A stretch of 58,022 nucleotides of DNA from Phycisphaerae bacterium (GCA_016929015.1 JAFGJQ010000296.1:1-58022); one strand, 5' to 3'; shown: positions 1 through 10,285, counted from the stretch's first letter. Program-made: numbers and translations. Notes: a model not told the origin generated them from the sequence alone.

Positions 1-37
1 GCGCACAAACGGACGGCCGCCCGGACGATAATCGCCG

Positions 38-1117
38 TCAGGTCAGGCGGCCGGACGCCTCGATAGGCCAGACATCCACGATGCGATCGCCGTCCCGCAC
101 GTGCAGGGCGCGGTGAAGATTGGCGGTCGTGCAGGCGTGGCTGGGAATCAACTCCACCCGGGCGCCGACCGGCCAATCCGGCGCCTGATGCACGATGCAA
201 TGCTCCTCGGAGGCGAACGTCGGAACGCGCGCTTCCGCGCAACCCCTGACGCGAGGCGGGCCGAACTCGTGTCCCACGCCCTTGACGCCCACGTCCAACA
301 CCGCGACGCCCGGCCGCGGGCGGCTGATCACGGTCGTCAGAACGGAAAGCGCCGTTTCAAACTCCGGAACGAGTTGCCGGTAGACCCAGTCCATGGTCAC
401 GTAGGTGCCCGCCTGCACCTCGTCGATTCCCTCTGTCGCCGCCGCCACCGCATACGTGGCGCTCGATCCCCCGCTGACGACCGCGACAGGCACTCCGGCG
501 GCTTCCAGCAGCCGGCGCGTGGCGACGGCCTGCTGCAGTGCGGCCTGGGTCTGTTGTCTCCGCTCCGCCGCGTCGACGGTGTACACGGCGTGCCCTTCGT
601 ACGCCTGTAGGCCGTCGAACCGCAGCCCGGGCAGGTCCGACACCCGCCGCGCCAACGCCAACGCCGGCTCGCCCGGCGCCACGCCGCACCGGCCCATTCC
701 GATGTCGATCTCCACGAGGATGCCGATGACGACTCCCGCGGCGGTTGCCGCGGCCGAGAGCGTCTGAAGCGGGCCGGCGTCATCGGCGGCAACACGGAGC
801 CGAACCCGGCCGCCCAACTCCGCGGCACGCCGGGCCTTGGCCTCCCCCACCACCTGGTTGGCGATCAGAATGTCGCCAATGCCGCCCTCCGCCAGGACCT
901 CCGCCTCGCCAAGCTTGGCGCAGGTCATTCCGACCGCACCGCCGGCCGCCAGTTGCCGCCGGGCGATCGACACGCATTTGTGGTTCTTGAAGTGCGGCCG
1001 CAGCCGGCACGACCGGTCGGCAAAGAACGCCGCCATGCGGGCAATGTTCCGATCGGCGGCCGCACCGTCCAGAAGCAGCACGGGTGTGTCAGCCTCGTTC
1101 AGCGAAAACGGCTTCAT
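38..1117 (-). CDS. DSD1 / D-threonine aldolase family PLP enzyme (alanine-racemase-like N-terminal barrel)
   Basis: RPHFKNHK (PLP Lys), GMGRCG, SEEH and HACTTANLH metal ligands. ATG at 1117 overlaps the ALDH stop (ATGA). Confidence 0.85.
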   Translation of the reverse strand: MKPFSLNEADTPVLLLDGAAADRNIARMAAFFADRSCRLRPHFKNHKCVSIARRQLAAGGAVGMTCAKLGEAEVLAEGGIGDILIANQVVGEAKARRAAELGGRVRLRVAADDAGPLQTLSAAATAAGVVIGILVEIDIGMGRCGVAPGEPALALARRVSDLPGLRFDGLQAYEGHAVYTVDAAERRQQTQAALQQAVATRRLLEAAGVPVAVVSGGSSATYAVAAATEGIDEVQAGTYVTMDWVYRQLVPEFETALSVLTTVISRPRPGVAVLDVGVKGVGHEFGPPRVRGCAEARVPTFASEEHCIVHQAPDWPVGARVELIPSHACTTANLHRALHVRDGDRIVDVWPIEASGRLT

Positions 1118-2598
1118 GACAGGCTCCAGCCCACCGGCGTCGTCGGGTCGCTGCCGTGTATGATGCTCTTGCGGCGGCAATACGCCAGCAGACCTTCCAT
1201 CCCCAGCTCCACGCCCGTCCCGCTGTGCTTTCGCGGCGGCACGGATATCTGCGGATAGCCCACCAACATCGTGTTCACCCAGATGATTCCCGTGTCAAGC
1301 GCCGCGCTGACGCGATGCGACCGCTCCGCGTCCGAGGTCCACAACGATCCCGACAGGCCGTACGGGGAGGCGTTGGACATCCGGACGGCCTCGTCTTCGT
1401 CCCGGAATCGCTGGATGGTCAGCACCGGGCCGAAGATCTCTTCCTCCACCGCCCGCATTCCGGAACGAGCATCGCCCAGCAGAGTCGGTGTGATCCAATA
1501 CCCGCCGCTCAGTTCGCCCGGCACATTCGGCCGGTCGCCGCCGGCCAGGACTCGGGCGCCCTCTCTGCGCGCATCAGCGATGTGGCTGAGCACAATGTCG
1601 TATTGCGATCGCGTGATCATGGGGCCGATGTGCGTCCGCTCATCCCGCGGGTCGCCGACCCGCAGCCGGGACGCTCGTTCGGCCAGCATCCGGGAGAACT
1701 CGTCGCAGACGGAGTCTTCCACCAGCAGTCGCGAACAGGACACGCAAAGCTGCCCCGCGTTGACGAATGCGCTGACCAGCGTGGCATCCGCCGCCCGGGC
1801 CAGATCGGCATCGGCAAAAACCAGAATCGCGTTTTTGCCGCCGCACTCGGCGTTGACCGGTTTCATCCGGTCGGCCGCCCGCTTCAGCACCGCGCAGCCG
1901 ACCTGTGTCGACCCGGTGAACGACACCTTGGCCACGTCCGGATGCTCCACCAGCGCGTTGCCCACGTCCGAGCCTGAGCCGAGAACCACGTTCACGATGC
2001 CCGCCGGCACGCCCGCCTCGTGGCAAACCTGGGCAAACGCAACCGCAGACAACGGCGTCTCCACCGAGGGCTTCAGGACGATTGTGTTTCCGGCGGCAAT
2101 GGCCGGTGCCGTCTTCATCACCGCGTTCACGAGCGGGTAATTCCACGGGAGAATGCCGCATACAACGCCGTAGGGCTCATAGACCGTCACGCGCAGCCCG
2201 TCCGCGGTGTTCTTGACCGTGCCTTCCATCTTGTCCGCGGCGCCGGCGTAGAATCGCAGAATCGTGGCGGCCAGCGGAAGCTCCGCCGTTCGCAACTGCG
2301 TGATCGGCTTGCCGGTGTCCGCCAGTTCTCGGTCGATCAGGCGGTCCGCACTCCGTTCCAGCGCGTCGGCGACACGCAGCAACAGACGCCCCCGCTCGGA
2401 CGGCTCCAGCCTGCGCCACCCGTCCGACAAGAACGCACGCCGGCCGGACGCGACCGCCTCTTCCACCAGTCCCGCGTCACCGCACGCCTGCTCCGACACG
2501 GGCCGCCCCGTGGCCGGATTGATGACCTCGCGAAGCCCGGCCCCGGGCTCCACCCGCATCCGGCCATCGATCACCGATCCCACTCGATCACCCGCCAT
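1114..2598 (-). CDS. Aldehyde dehydrogenase
   Basis: PWNYP, FTGST, ECGGKN (catalytic Glu), GQLC (catalytic Cys), EEIFGP. Confidence 0.95.
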   Translation of the reverse strand: MAGDRVGSVIDGRMRVEPGAGLREVINPATGRPVSEQACGDAGLVEEAVASGRRAFLSDGWRRLEPSERGRLLLRVADALERSADRLIDRELADTGKPITQLRTAELPLAATILRFYAGAADKMEGTVKNTADGLRVTVYEPYGVVCGILPWNYPLVNAVMKTAPAIAAGNTIVLKPSVETPLSAVAFAQVCHEAGVPAGIVNVVLGSGSDVGNALVEHPDVAKVSFTGSTQVGCAVLKRAADRMKPVNAECGGKNAILVFADADLARAADATLVSAFVNAGQLCVSCSRLLVEDSVCDEFSRMLAERASRLRVGDPRDERTHIGPMITRSQYDIVLSHIADARREGARVLAGGDRPNVPGELSGGYWITPTLLGDARSGMRAVEEEIFGPVLTIQRFRDEDEAVRMSNASPYGLSGSLWTSDAERSHRVSAALDTGIIWVNTMLVGYPQISVPPRKHSGTGVELGMEGLLAYCRRKSIIHGSDPTTPVGWSLS

Positions 2599-2616
2599 CC
2601 TCTGCACCTCCTGCGA

Positions 2617-3414
2617 CTACCAGACCGTCCACCCGCCGTCCACAACGAGGTTGTGACCCGTCACGTAGCTCGACGCGTCGCTCGCCAGAAACAGGACCGC
2701 TCCTTTCAGTTCCGCCGGGCCCCCGATGCGCCCCATCGGACTCCGTTCGGCGAGCCGGGCGACCAGACGTGCGTCGGCCCCGGATGCCGGGAACGGCCCG
2801 GGGCTGAGGCAGTTCACCCGGACGCCGTCCTTGCCCCAGTACACCGCCAGATGTCGGGCCATCTGCACGATGCCCGCCTTGAGCATCTGGTACGCAACCG
2901 GATTGGCCGGCCCGATGCCCTCGTACACGTCCGGATACGACGCGACCTGGGCGTACATGGACGCCATCAGAATGATGCTCGCCGCCCGGCCCTGCCGAAC
3001 CGCATGGTCGCGGACCAGTCGAGACAGGAGAAAGTACCCCGTCTGGTTGGCGAGCTGCCGATTCATCTCGTCCGCGGTCACCGTGGTCCAGTCCGCGGCC
3101 AGCACGTCATGACCGTTGTTCACCAGAACGTCGATGCGGCCCAGAATTCGCTCCGCGTCGCTGACCATCTGCTCGATGGATTCAGGTACCAGATGATCGA
3201 GCGCCAGTCCCGCGTGATGCGCGGCCTCCACGACGGGCAGGCAGCGTGCGGCCTCGTCGGCACGGCGCTGGTCCCGGCTGGTAACCACGACGCTTGCACC
3301 CGCCTCTGCCAGCGCCTCCGCCAGCGCCCGGCCCAGGTGGCCCGCCCCGCCCGTGACAATGGCCCCGCGCCCTCGAAGGTCAAACAGGTTCTGCACGGAC
3401 GCGTGCGCGTTCAT
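2617..3414 (-). CDS. Classical SDR oxidoreductase
   Basis: TGGAGHLG, NNG, YxxxK (YQMLK), VTGHNLVVDGG. Confidence 0.92.
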   Translation of the reverse strand: MNAHASVQNLFDLRGRGAIVTGGAGHLGRALAEALAEAGASVVVTSRDQRRADEAARCLPVVEAAHHAGLALDHLVPESIEQMVSDAERILGRIDVLVNNGHDVLAADWTTVTADEMNRQLANQTGYFLLSRLVRDHAVRQGRAASIILMASMYAQVASYPDVYEGIGPANPVAYQMLKAGIVQMARHLAVYWGKDGVRVNCLSPGPFPASGADARLVARLAERSPMGRIGGPAELKGAVLFLASDASSYVTGHNLVVDGGWTVW

Positions 3415-4436
3415 CGGGTGGCCTCCGGGATGGACGCCGTGGGGACCCAGGCCGGCTGCTCCGCGGCGCGAAGGATCGCGAGGTTCGCCCGCAAGGTCGC
3501 CACCGCGTCCGCCAGCGAGCAGAGGGGCTCGGCACGTCCTTCGATTGCGTCCAGAAAAGCGCTTGCCTGTGCCACAAAGAGGTCGTCCCGCTGCAATTCG
3601 AAGCTCTGCTCAACCCTCCAGGGCCCGCACGGCTCCCGGCTGGTCAGCCACCGGTGTGCGTGGAACTCCAGCCGTGCCGCGCCGCGCTCGCACACCACCG
3701 TGATGACGGTCTCGTTGGGATACTGATGCTGATTGAGCGCATACGTGGCGAGCACCGGCCCGTGGCGTGCGACCACGTGCACAGTGTCCTCGACGTCCAC
3801 GCCCGGGACCGCCAGATGCGCGGCATCCGCCATCACGCGGTCCGTCGGGCCGACAAAACACTCCGCCGTGTTCACCACGTGCGTCAACGCGTCCTGAATG
3901 GCCCCTCCGCCCTGTTTGCGGTCTGCGTAGTACGTTCCCGCGTACGCGGGCCGCAGGGTCGGGAAGGGCTGTCCGGCGCAGGCCAGCACTTCCAGCGGCC
4001 GGCCCAGATCCCCGGCCGCCAGGGCCTTGCGCATGGCGGCAACGGCCGGATGCGCACGATACACGTAGGCCACCGCCGCGACCTTCCCCGTCTCAGCGAC
4101 TGCCTGAGCCAGCTTATCGACACGCTGCATGGTCGTGCTCAGCGGCTTCTCGATCAGGACGTGCAATCCTCGCGAGATGACGTCCAGGGCGATCGGAACG
4201 TGCAGATGGGTGGGTGCGGCCACAACCGCGCAGTCAAACCCGGCAGCCGCATCGGCCAGTGCCTCCTCCAAGCCGGCGTATGCACGGCGGAGGCCGTATC
4301 GCTCCGTCAACGCGGACCGAACCTGGGCCGACGGCTCGCAAAGGCCCGCCTCTGCCCGGCCCGTTGAAAGGAAGCAACGAAGGTGACGCTCGCCGATCGA
4401 TCCCCCGCCGATGATGAGAACCGCGTGCCTTCCCAT
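3411..4436 (-). CDS. Gfo/Idh/MocA family oxidoreductase
   Basis: IIGGGSIG, HVLIEKP, GGGAIQDALTH. Confidence 0.92.
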   Translation of the reverse strand: MGRHAVLIIGGGSIGERHLRCFLSTGRAEAGLCEPSAQVRSALTERYGLRRAYAGLEEALADAAAGFDCAVVAAPTHLHVPIALDVISRGLHVLIEKPLSTTMQRVDKLAQAVAETGKVAAVAYVYRAHPAVAAMRKALAAGDLGRPLEVLACAGQPFPTLRPAYAGTYYADRKQGGGAIQDALTHVVNTAECFVGPTDRVMADAAHLAVPGVDVEDTVHVVARHGPVLATYALNQHQYPNETVITVVCERGAARLEFHAHRWLTSREPCGPWRVEQSFELQRDDLFVAQASAFLDAIEGRAEPLCSLADAVATLRANLAILRAAEQPAWVPTASIPEATR

Positions 4437-4448
4437 CCTCCGAGCCTT

Positions 4449-5264
4449 TCAAGCCGCTCCAGGCTGGTCGCCCTGCAGCGCATTGGCAAAGCGGAAACCC
4501 AGGGGCGCAAACTGGGATTGCACCTGTTCGAACCCACGTTTGACAAGCAGGATGTCGGCCTGATGGCAAATGAACGACGCGCCGCGGTCGAGCAAATGGC
4601 GTGTGTGGTCGGGCGACATGCTCGTCGTACCCCAATGCTTGCCGGCGCGGCGGGCGGCGGCGGCGACCTTCTCCAGGGCCGCGGCCACTCGCGGGTGCCC
4701 GAACTCCCCGGGAATCCCGCTCAGCACGGACAGATCGGCCTGACCGACGAACAGCACGTCAACCCCGTCCACCTCCGCGATGCGGTCGGCCCGATCCACG
4801 GCGGCCTCATCCTCCAACTGGATGACGACGAACGTCTCTTCGTTGGCCCGTCGTATGTACTCCGCGGCCGGCATGCTGCAATAGGGCGCGTCGGGGTTCG
4901 ATCCGTCGATCCCCCGGCGTCCCAGGGGAGCGAACTTGGCCCAGTCGACCACCTCGCGGGCCTCCTCGGCGCTGTCGCAGCGCGGATACATGATGCCGTG
5001 CGCACCGATCTCCAGCAGCCGACTCAGCCGGGCGAACTCTCCCTTGCCGGGACGGGCCATGACGTCCGACCGGCCGACCCGGGCCGCCCGGATCAGGCCG
5101 GCCGCCGTCTCCACGCTGCACGCGTGGTGCTCCAGGTCCAGCCAGATGCCGTCAAACCCCATCAGACTTGTCAGCTCGAAAACGGAAGGATCGTGCAGAT
5201 TCAGGCAAACCAGAAGCACGGGTTCATTCCGAGCCAGCTTTGCTTTGATCACACTGCTTCGCAT
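4449..5264 (-). CDS. HpcH/HpaI class II pyruvate aldolase
   Basis: WLDLEH, PLGRRG, QLED, LFVGQADLS. Confidence 0.92.
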   Translation of the reverse strand: MRSSVIKAKLARNEPVLLVCLNLHDPSVFELTSLMGFDGIWLDLEHHACSVETAAGLIRAARVGRSDVMARPGKGEFARLSRLLEIGAHGIMYPRCDSAEEAREVVDWAKFAPLGRRGIDGSNPDAPYCSMPAAEYIRRANEETFVVIQLEDEAAVDRADRIAEVDGVDVLFVGQADLSVLSGIPGEFGHPRVAAALEKVAAAARRAGKHWGTTSMSPDHTRHLLDRGASFICHQADILLVKRGFEQVQSQFAPLGFRFANALQGDQPGAA

Positions 5265-5655
5265 GAGTTCGTACTGTTGCTCCTTCGGTTACGCACACCC
5301 CTGCCGCGGCCGAAACGACGGGCATTGTAGCGATCGGTGAGACGATTGCCACCAGCCCCGGATTCCCATCAGGATCCCCCCGACGCTGCTGGACCCAGGT
5401 TTCCATCTGGGTATCGGAGACAGTCACCTGGCAGGAATGCAAGTGCCACTTAGCTATCACTGGCATTCCTGAGAGTCGAACGGCCCGGGGATGGGAGCCG
5501 CGGCCGGCTTCAGCCGGCCGGAGAGCGCCCGAGAAGCCGGCTTGCGCACAGAAGGAGGAAGAACGGGAGTGATGAAGGTTCCTCCCACCCCCGCCTGAGA
5601 GTGGCGACACTGGCCGGTCGGCCGAAGCCGACCATGAACTGCACCGTTCCGATGC

Positions 5656-6060
5656 TTGCACCATATGCCCACCGCGAGCCCTGCGGGTATGATGCCATGG
5701 GCGGCTTGGCCGGTGTTCTCACATGGTGCGGAGAGCCGACATGAGGAACGGACGGTCTCTGTCGGAGTGCTACTGGGCCGCGAGGCGCGCCAAGTCCCGC
5801 GGGCGATGCGGTACGGGACGTTCTTCAATTGCATCCTTGGCTTCTGGTTGCCGGACGCCTCCCTTGGTGGACGCACAAAACACGTGATTCTGCCGATCTG
5901 GGTCCCGGTGGTGATCGTACTGGTTGGAGCAGCGTATGCGGCCTGGCGCAATAGGCGACGTCGCGCGATCGGTGCGTGTCGGCGCTGCGGCTACGACCTT
6001 ACCGGCAACGTTTCGGGCGTGTGCCCGGAATGTGGCGAGCGGGTGATGCAGAGGAGATGA
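5656..6060 (+). CDS. Small membrane protein with C-terminal Zn ribbon (start uncertain)
   Basis: TM segment, Arg-rich stretch, then CRRCGYDLTGNVSGVCPECG. Confidence 0.7.
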   Translation: MHHMPTASPAGMMPWAAWPVFSHGAESRHEERTVSVGVLLGREARQVPRAMRYGTFFNCILGFWLPDASLGGRTKHVILPIWVPVVIVLVGAAYAAWRNRRRRAIGACRRCGYDLTGNVSGVCPECGERVMQRR

Positions 6061-6641
6061 CGATGGCCTTGCACGATGGCACGTTCGACGAGACGGGCAG
6101 CCTGCCCATCCGGTTCCTTCAGTGGACCGGGATTTGTGCGATCAGTTCTGTCCCCAGCTTCGTCGTGGCACGCGACGAGTTTGACACCGCCGGGATGGTC
6201 GCCGGCGTGACCGTCTTCATTCTCGCATACACCGCCGTCACAGGGACCCAGGGCTTTCGACGCCTCAAGGCAGAGCCATTCGTGAAGACCACCCTGTACA
6301 TAGGATACGGCACGCGACTTGCCATGTCTGTCTTATTCCCGGTCGGCTTGTTTTTGGATGTCTGGACGGGACTGGCCAGCATAGAGATTGTCAGACTCTT
6401 CCTCGCGGATCCGAATGGGTTTGCCGGTACACTGGCGATCACCATTCTCCAGGGGGTTTTCCTCAACATCATTCTGGCTGTCTTCATGGGTGCCGTGTAT
6501 CTCCTGCAGCGGGCAGTCCGTCCGTGGCCGATCCGCGAGGGATTCTGCCTGGGGTGCGGGTACAATCTGACCGGCAATGTCAGCGGTGTGTGCCCGGAGT
6601 GTGGTCTGGCGGTGGTGCCAGGGGGATCGGTGCAAGCGTGA
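6057..6641 (+). CDS. Multi-pass membrane protein with C-terminal Zn ribbon
   Basis: About 4 hydrophobic helices, then CLGCGYNLTGNVSGVCPECG. ATGA overlap with the upstream gene, GAGGAG RBS. Confidence 0.8.
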   Translation: MTMALHDGTFDETGSLPIRFLQWTGICAISSVPSFVVARDEFDTAGMVAGVTVFILAYTAVTGTQGFRRLKAEPFVKTTLYIGYGTRLAMSVLFPVGLFLDVWTGLASIEIVRLFLADPNGFAGTLAITILQGVFLNIILAVFMGAVYLLQRAVRPWPIREGFCLGCGYNLTGNVSGVCPECGLAVVPGGSVQA

Positions 6642-6646
6642 CCGGA

Positions 6647-6759
6647 GGCCGGCTGGTCTCCGCTGGTCCCGGCGCGCCGGGTCTCCGCAGGCGACTCGCC
6701 GTGGCAAGATGGCGAGAAAGCCAATCCCACAGAAGACCGGCTGGAAAGCCGGTCCCACA
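6647..6759 (+). repeat. Nested REP-like cluster: REP-A carrying a C[B] insertion, followed by an intact REP-A
   Basis: ggccggctgg|tctccgctggtcccggcgcgccggg|tctccgcaggcgactcgccgtggcaag|atggcgag|aaagccaatcccaca, then gaccggctggaaagccggtcccaca at 6735-6759. Confidence 0.85.
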
Positions 6760-6801
6760 CAAACAGTGCCGGTTCCATGTGGCGGGGCGGGCAGAAACGC
6801 A

Positions 6802-8043
6802 TCACTCGCCGTAGCGCGCGATGATTTCCTCGCGCGTTTTACCGAGGATTTCGTACTTGCGGCCGATCTTCGTGAAGGCGGCGATGGCGCGGTCGATGTG
6901 GGCAGGGTCGTGGCCGGCGGAGAGCTGGACGCGGATGCGGGCCTGGCCTTTGGGCACGACGGGGTAGTAGAAGCCGATGACGTAGATGCCTTCGGCGTAC
7001 AAGTCGCGCGCGATGTCCTGGGCCAGCTTCGCGTTGTAGAGCATGATGGGAACGATGGGGTGGACGCCGGGCTTGATGCCGAAGCCGGCCTGCGTCATGC
7101 CCTCGCGGAAGCGACGGGTGTTGGACTCCAGCCGGTCGCGCAGCTCCGTCGTCTCGGAGAGCAGGTCCATCACCGCGATGGCCGCCGCCGCCACGACAGG
7201 CGGCAGCGTGTTGCTGAACAGGTACGGGCGCGATCGCTGCCGCAGCAGCTCGATGATCTCCCTCCGCCCGCTGGTGAAGCCGCCGGACGCCCCGCCCAGC
7301 GCCTTGCCCAGGGTGGAGGTGATGACGTCCACCCGGCCCATCGCGTTGCAGTGCTCGGCGGAGCCGCGTCCGGTTTTCCCGAGAAAGCCGGTGCAGTGCG
7401 AATCGTCCACCATGACCAGCGCGTCAAACTTCTCGGCCAGGTCGCAGATGCGATCCACCTGGGCGATGGTGCCGTCCATGCTGAAGGCGCCGTCGGTGGC
7501 GACCATGCGGTAGCGGGCGTGCTGCGTTTCCTTCAGCTTCGCCTCCAGGTCGGCCATGTCGTTGTTCTGGTAGATGTAACGGGTGGCCTTGCAGAGCCGG
7601 ATGCCGTCGATGATGGAGGCGTGGTTGAGCTGGTCGGTGATGATGGCGTCGTCCTTGCCCAGCAGCGGCTCGAACAGCCCGCCGTTCGCGTCGAAGCACG
7701 CCACGTAGAGGATGGTGTCGTCCGTGCCCAGGAACCGGCTGATCTTGTCCTCCAGCTCCTTGTGAATGTCCTGCGTGCCGCAGATGAAGCGGACGCTGCT
7801 CATTCCGTACCCGCGGCGATCCAGCGAGGCACGGGCCGCCGCAATGACCTCGGGATGCGAAGACAGGCCCAGATAGTTGTTCGCGCAGAAGTTCAGCACG
7901 TCCGCCGGGGGCTGACCCTGCGGATACACCACGCGGATGTCCGCCGCCTGCGGCGAGACGATGACCCGCTCCTCCTTGTACAGCCCCGCCTGCCGGATGC
8001 TCTGCAGTTCTGCCTGAAGGTCCTGCTTCATTCGCCCGAACAT
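6802..8043 (-). CDS. kbl: Glycine C-acetyltransferase (2-amino-3-ketobutyrate CoA ligase)
   Basis: [43 protein letters not shown] before ATG 8043; adjacent to tdh. Confidence 0.96.
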   Translation of the reverse strand: MFGRMKQDLQAELQSIRQAGLYKEERVIVSPQAADIRVVYPQGQPPADVLNFCANNYLGLSSHPEVIAAARASLDRRGYGMSSVRFICGTQDIHKELEDKISRFLGTDDTILYVACFDANGGLFEPLLGKDDAIITDQLNHASIIDGIRLCKATRYIYQNNDMADLEAKLKETQHARYRMVATDGAFSMDGTIAQVDRICDLAEKFDALVMVDDSHCTGFLGKTGRGSAEHCNAMGRVDVITSTLGKALGGASGGFTSGRREIIELLRQRSRPYLFSNTLPPVVAAAAIAVMDLLSETTELRDRLESNTRRFREGMTQAGFGIKPGVHPIVPIMLYNAKLAQDIARDLYAEGIYVIGFYYPVVPKGQARIRVQLSAGHDPAHIDRAIAAFTKIGRKYEILGKTREEIIARYGE

Positions 8044-8108
8044 AAGTCCACCTCCTACGGGGCCTGCCCTGTCCCCAAGATTCGCCGGCGGCGATCCGCC
8101 CGGCAACC

Positions 8109-8245
8109 CCTACAACCCACAGCTCGCCATCTCGCCACGACGAGTCGCCTGCGGAGACCCGGCGCGCCGGAACCTGCGGCGACCTACAGCCTACGGCCTA
8201 TAGCCCACAGCCTACGGTCTACAGCCCAAAGCCTACAGCCTATAC
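8109..8245. repeat. 7-bp tandem array (CCTACAG-like, 11 units) interrupted by the composite C[B] element at 8123-8182
   Basis: cctacaa cccacag [element] cctacag cctacgg cctatag cccacag cctacgg tctacag cccaaag cctacag cctatac. Confidence 0.9.
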
Positions 8246-9376
8246 TCACGGGTGCGTGACCCGGCCGGTGATGTCCGGATCGCGATCCAGCGAATCCTCG
8301 CGGACGGGCAGCGGGGCCGGCTGATCCGGCTTGAGAACGACTTTGCACGCCCGGCCGCCGGCCAGCAGTTCCATGGCCGAGTTGATCTCCTCAAACCGCA
8401 CGGTCTTGGTGATCAGTGGCCGGACGTCCACGGCGCCGGAGGAAAGGAGCCACTGCGTCTTGTACCACGTATCGAAAATCTTCCGGCCGTTAACCGCCAG
8501 CACGGTCAGGTTCTTGAAGATCATGTTCTCGGCCACGTCCAGCTCCACCTTCTTGGAGGGGATGCCGAACAGCACCACCGTTCCGCCGTTTCGGACGGCC
8601 TGGAACGCCGCGGTGATGGAGGCTGGCGCTCCGCTCATCTCCAGGATGATGTCGATGCCGAGGTTGCCGTTGGCCTCGACCAGGGCACGGACCACGTCCT
8701 TGCCGGGCAGTTCGATCGGGTTGAAGGCCGCATCCGCGCCCATCTTGCGGGCGAGGTCCAGGCGGAACTCGTTGACGTCCGTGGCGAACACGACGGAGGC
8801 CCCGGATGCCTTCGCGATGCCCACGCTGAAGCAGCCGATCGGCCCGCAGCCGAGGACCGCCACCGACTGGCCCGCCAGGTCGTTGCTAAGCGTGGCGAAC
8901 ACGGCGTTGCCGAACGGCTCCTGGACGGAGGCGACTTCCGGGGAAAGCTTCGCCCGGTCGTTGGTCCAGACCACCTGTTCGGGGATGGCGAGGTAGCTGG
9001 CGAACGCGCCTTCGCGGTCCACCCCCAGGATGCGCGTGTTGGGGCACAGGTGGCGCTGGCCGATGCGGCACTGGCGGCACATGCCGCAGGTGACGTGCGA
9101 CTCGGCGGAGACGAAGTCGCCGACCCGGGCATGTTCCACCTTGGCACCCACTTCGACGATGGTGCCGGCGAACTCGTGCCCGATGGTCAACGGCGGCTTG
9201 ATGCGGTGCTGCGACCATTCGTCCCACGACCAGATGTGCAGGTCGGTGCCGCAGATGCTGGCCGCCTCCACCTGGATGAGCACTTCGTCCGGCTCAATCT
9301 CGGGGATCGGAATGTCTTCGATGATGAGTCCCTTTTCCGCACGCTTCTTGCGGATGGCGGGCATGGTCCGGGGCAT
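8246..9376 (-). CDS. tdh: L-threonine 3-dehydrogenase
   Basis: ICGTDLHI, GHEF, structural Zn CxxCxxCx7C, GCGPIG; next to kbl. Confidence 0.94.
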   Translation of the reverse strand: MPRTMPAIRKKRAEKGLIIEDIPIPEIEPDEVLIQVEAASICGTDLHIWSWDEWSQHRIKPPLTIGHEFAGTIVEVGAKVEHARVGDFVSAESHVTCGMCRQCRIGQRHLCPNTRILGVDREGAFASYLAIPEQVVWTNDRAKLSPEVASVQEPFGNAVFATLSNDLAGQSVAVLGCGPIGCFSVGIAKASGASVVFATDVNEFRLDLARKMGADAAFNPIELPGKDVVRALVEANGNLGIDIILEMSGAPASITAAFQAVRNGGTVVLFGIPSKKVELDVAENMIFKNLTVLAVNGRKIFDTWYKTQWLLSSGAVDVRPLITKTVRFEEINSAMELLAGGRACKVVLKPDQPAPLPVREDSLDRDPDITGRVTHP

Positions 9377-9415
9377 ACGGTTTCCTTTGCTGTGCTTCCA
9401 TACTGCGCTTGCCGG

Positions 9416-10285
9416 TCAGTTGCGTTCCGGGGCGGGCGCCACCGGCTCCGGCAGGGGTTCCTTGACTCGGTTGAACTTCTCCGTTTCCGGCGGGAGCTGG
9501 AACGACTTCTCCACGTCGGTCGTGTTGATGCTTTGCTTTGTCAGGTCGGGGAAGACCGCCCGCATGATCTTGGCCGGCGGGCCGCTCCGATTGGCGGGAT
9601 CCGCCTCGTACGCCACGATCTTGACGGGCAGGTGCACGGTGCGGTCGACGAAGAACTCCAGCCGCGTGTATTGCTCGGCCAGCTTGCTGCCGGTCCGCGG
9701 GATGCAGACCAGGTGGTCCGTGTCGGCGGGGTCCTCCTTCGCCGCCGCGCTCAGCGTGACCTGGAAATGCCGCAGGATTTCGTCCTTGCGCTGTCCGAAG
9801 GGGATGGGGAACGGGGTCTTTTCCAGGCTGAACAGGTCGATCGTTTCGCCCACGCGGACGACCTCTCGCTCGATGACGGTCTGACTGGCCTCCTTGGCCT
9901 CGTAGAGCCAGCGGTCGCGGAACAGGTACCACTCCTTCTTCCGGACGACGATACCGCCCTCATGCATCTTCTCGAACAGGATAAAGAACGTGGGGTTCGG
10001 CTTCTCCCGGCGATAGCGGATCTCGCCGAACTTGGTGAAGTCGGACAGGCCGATCAGGTCTTCGACCGTATACTCGACGCGGCACCGGAGGTTCTGCACG
10101 CTCTCGCCGCGGGCCTCCATGGCTTCCAGAACCGTGCGGATCCGGGCCTCGGCCTCCGGCGTCGAGACGCCTGCCGGTTCCGTCACCGCCGGCTGGGATG
10201 CCGGGGCGGTCGCAGGTTGCGAATCGGCCGGTGGGGCCACCGGAGGCTCGCCGGCCAGACACAGGATAATCAGCCAGAAGGGCAT
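9416..10285 (-). CDS. Secreted protein, possibly LolA-like beta-fold
   Basis: Hydrophobic N-terminus, Pro/Ala linker, beta-rich body ending in a F-x-x-P motif. Fold assignment is inference. Confidence 0.55.
   Translation of the reverse strand: MPFWLIILCLAGEPPVAPPADSQPATAPASQPAVTEPAGVSTPEAEARIRTVLEAMEARGESVQNLRCRVEYTVEDLIGLSDFTKFGEIRYRREKPNPTFFILFEKMHEGGIVVRKKEWYLFRDRWLYEAKEASQTVIEREVVRVGETIDLFSLEKTPFPIPFGQRKDEILRHFQVTLSAAAKEDPADTDHLVCIPRTGSKLAEQYTRLEFFVDRTVHLPVKIVAYEADPANRSGPPAKIMRAVFPDLTKQSINTTDVEKSFQLPPETEKFNRVKEPLPEPVAPAPERN

Noticed and set aside
5265-5655. Hairpin CAGGAATGC...GCATTCCTG (about 5431-5470) in the divergent region
   Set aside because: A single stem with no second copy or family match; its function cannot be supported.
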